64,000 bases of DNA, taken from NCBI GenBank assembly GCA_964270895.1, contig OZ185446.1. One strand, written 5' to 3'. The DNA comes from Podarcis filfolensis. Lineage: Eukaryota. Each line of letters starts with the position of its first letter. Positions within the stretch are counted from its first letter, which is position 1. Below the pieces are notes generated by a model. That model saw only the letters and a program-made list of their open reading frames with translations, was not told the DNA's origin and did no database searches. The position numbers and the translations under genes are program-made. Of this stretch, positions 60,759-64,000 are shown piece by piece.

Positions 60759-62672
60759 TGATGCTTGAGTAATGTCGCCGGTGCCTGGAGAGGAAGGCCG
60801 GTGGGTTCCTGCAATTGGCTCCAATCCTCTCCCTTCTCCCCATTTGTCCTCCTGTCTTTTGCCCTATAGGATTACCTTTTTCAAAATGACACGTTGCCTG
60901 TTTGCTTAGGTTTATGTCAATAGAGGCCTAGCAAAATCTCTGTGCCAACAAGGAAGATGCAATGATCTAGAATTACCTCTAACTATGGTTGACTCTATTC
61001 TGTGCTGCGGATGACATAATTCATTTTTCACTTAGAATATCCGGGTTCAGGTCGTTACTCAGCAATGAAGTGCACTTGGTGGTCTTAAGTAAATTGTAAG
61101 AGCCGCTGCACGGGGCTCAAAAGGTTTTGGAAGTATTTTTACTGCACTTCTGAATCTTACAGTATGATGGTTCTCTGTTGATCTGCTACATCTCTACTCG
61201 TACATATTAGATATGGGAATCAGATCAGTATTAGCCAGTGGCCTTGTGGTGTAAAGGTAGTTTTCTGCTGTGACAGCTTTTGCTTCTGAAAATACTTGCC
61301 ATATTCTTGCAAGTGGTTCTGGGCTAATGCTAAACATAGTTGCTGTTCAGGTATCCTCATAGATGTCCTACCAAACTGAATGCAGCCCAGCAGCCATGTA
61401 TGGTAACCCATGTGGACTTTGATACAACTTTCTAGTTTTGCTGCTTTCCGGGAACGACCAAACACAGTCTCCTCAAGCATTTCTATCAGGTCACAAGAAG
61501 TGGCTGCTGGTCTTTGCTCAGTCTTGGGGATCACAAGTTCAGCAGGACTGGGTGAGGGACAGATTGTTGTTCATGGAAAGGAAACCCAAATGGGTAATGG
61601 TGTGCCCCTCTCATTGGGTAGGAGAGCAGGGCCTGTGCTTACTTCCGAAATCTTTTGCACACACTCCAGATCCTTCAGTAGCAGGAGTGCAAAGTGATTA
61701 CCTAGTACAGAGACTGTAACTTGGAAGGGCAAATCCCTTCCCTTCTTAATTAGGAGCTGCCATTGTTTCTAAATTTGGTCGCTTGGCTCTGTCTGTGTCA
61801 TTAGATGATTCAGCTTCTTAGCTCAGCATTATTAAAATTACTTTACACAAGAAACCATTACATTTGCCAGACAATTTATAATTTGCTTGTTTTCTATTTC
61901 ACTTGGAATGCTGTTAAGGATCCTTTTGACGCTGCAGTTTCCTGGATCATGTTTCTTCTTCTTTTACTTCATTTCTTTAAGTAGTCACATTTTGTATCAT
62001 TGTTTGTGATAGCAGATGCATTAATTTCTAAATGATGTCGACGTTGTTTGGGATTAAGCTGAGTTTTGACATAATTACACTCTTTAACCACTTGAAAGCT
62101 GTATTACTCTTTCTTGCTTTTTATCTCTTTGTTCTTTGGAGAAGAGTAACCTGTTTGGCTCTGCTTTTTTTCTTGTTTGTCGAACATTGGAGGTTTTTGC
62201 TTGGCCATTTTAGCTCTTAAACCCCATCCCTAGATATATTATTTTTTGGGGGGAAATAAACCCAACTGACAAGTGAAATGTAGAGTAGTGTGTACAGTTC
62301 TGGTTGCCTCACCTCAGAAAGTATATTGTCGAGTTGCAAAAGGCTCAGGAAAGGGCAACCAAAACGATCAACAACTTGGTGAACAAAAGTTGCACCATTT
62401 GGGATTTCTTTGTATGGAGAAACTAAACTGCCACTGCTGTGCTACCCATGGTGAAGCCATGGTTTGGCTTATTGTTATGTCCAAACCATGGCTCGTGATT
62501 TGTCTGGAGCTGTAACTGAGGTTTGTCTAAGTCCGAGTTTGGATGTACTGCTTAGCCAAACCATGGCTTAACCATGGGTAGGGTGGGGACTTGACATTAC
62601 ACGTGAACTGGAGCAAAAAAGGAAGTGTGTATGCAGCGTCAACTAGCTGTAAATGCACCTTCTTTTCAAATA

Positions 62673-62914
62673 CAGCGGTACCTCGGGTTAAGTACTTAAT
62701 TCGTTCCGGAGGTCCGTTCTTAACCTGAAACTGTTCTTAACCTGAAGCACCACTTTAGCTAATGGGGCCTCCTGCTGCTGCCACGCCGCAGGAGCACAAT
62801 TTCTCTTCTCATCCTGAAGCAAAGTTCTTAACCTGAGGTACTATTTCTGGGTTAGCTGAGTCTGTAACGTGAAGTGTATGTAACCTGAAGCGTATGTAAC
62901 TCGAGGTACCACTA
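62673..62914. mobile_element. Tc1/mariner-type MITE
   Basis: TA|cagcggtacctcgggtta...taactcgaggtaccacta|TA; inverted relative of 17377-17593. Confidence 0.85.
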
Positions 62915-63458
62915 TAATGAAAAAGAAATACAGACAGCCCGCCATTTACATGCGTTCAGTAGGTGTGCAACCGTGTATGCGCGCATCATGCCAAACCCAC
63001 AAGTAGCCTGGAAACATCATAAAGAGCTCACTAAAGCATCACTCAAAGGGTGGAATGGGGGCGGAACTGGGTGTTTGCAGGCTTTTTAAATGGGATTCAA
63101 TTATACGTGATTTCACTGATGTGCATAGTGCCTTGGAATGTAAGCCATGCAAAACTCGGAGGTTTCTACACACACATGTGCACACACAGTTCTCTATCCG
63201 GATAACCAAGAGGCATAATCACAGTTCAGTCACACCTTCCAACCAGCCACAAGCAGGTGGGAGGTGTGGCCTGGGTGTTGATGGGATGGCCTGGGGAGAG
63301 CCTTGAGCGTTGGCTAGAGAAGCCTGGGAAGATTGCCTTCAGTTCCTGGGCCTGAAATTCCCCACCTCAGAGGTGCACCCACAGATCTTGGCCTACTGAA
63401 AAACCAAGAAGCTGCTTGCTTAGTTTACAGTGTGCTGCTGCTATAAGCACATTGTAAC

Positions 63459-63705
63459 TGTTAAGTTGTGGGTGAACATATCAGACTACACAGCGATTCT
63501 TCAAACAGCTCTTGTTTATTCACAGGCTAGAACAGAACTGAACTGAAGGGTTCAGTCAGCCTGCTTATATAGAGCTCCAGTACAACGTAACTGTAACAAT
63601 TTTCTAAAACTATCCAATCACTGAACGTCACTTTTGATCCCTTATTTGCATAACTATCCACAGTATTCCCCTGCTGGCCCAGGGTGAGAACTTCAGTACA
63701 TAACA
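63459..63705 (-). mobile_element. Solo LTR (247 bp)
   Basis: TGTTA...TAACA termini, perfect 5-bp TSD gtaac; minus-strand order octamer, CCAAT, TATATAA, AATAAA. Confidence 0.88.
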
Positions 63706-64000
63706 GTAACCAGACTAGAATGATAGCGTTTCTCACCTTGTGTTGAGGGTTCTTTCTTGTTCTTCTGAGAAACAGACAACTGTGAACGAAGAACATTTTA
63801 ATCAAGTGAAACATACACTTTTCTGAAATTGATAAATAAATGCATAAATTTCCTTTTAGGCTCTGCCTTTCTGTTGGTGCAAATCTATTTTGCCATTTTC
63901 ACACTGGCTGCGCTCAGCTTAGTCCAGCAGATGGTTGAACGTCAGCCATGTGCCATGCAAATCTGCACAGCAGAACTGCCCAGATGTTAGTATGGCCACT

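Noticed and set aside
63664-63680. CTCF site inside the solo LTR (GGCCAGCAGGGGAAT)
   Set aside because: The 3' half of the core (GGCGC) is missing, so the match is too weak

Overview
Vertebrate genomic DNA, almost certainly a lacertid lizard (Sauria SINEs with the Podarcis-type consensus, Bov-B, squamate tRNA-SINEs). Four protein-coding genes were reconstructed exon by exon with consistent splice phases. (1) The 3' part of WDR86 (+, last four coding exons, stop at 11783). (2) A complete NUB1 (-, 14 coding exons, 619 aa, CpG-island promoter at about 41.6-42.2 kb), convergent with WDR86. (3) A two-exon C9orf152-like gene (-, 257 aa). (4) The first three exons of xylulokinase XYLB (+, CpG-island promoter at about 56.2-56.8 kb). 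Introns and intergenic DNA carry many mobile elements: four Sauria SINEs, a young 5'-truncated CR1, L2, Bov-B and L1 fragments, hAT and Tc1/mariner MITEs, solo LTRs and Penelope remnants. The most striking item is a Penelope-derived 87-bp perfect inverted repeat in a WDR86 intron that encodes a minimal type-I hammerhead ribozyme motif on each strand. Other points of interest are an EICE/ISRE composite at the NUB1 promoter, a GC-AG intron in NUB1, apparent absence of the splice donor for the short NUB1 isoform, a probable C9orf152 paralogue at a mammalian synteny break, an antisense solo-LTR promoter in XYLB, and weak evidence for an unannotated or decayed minus-strand gene between C9orf152-like and XYLB. 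Comparisons with human proteins and repeat families are from memory, not database searches.
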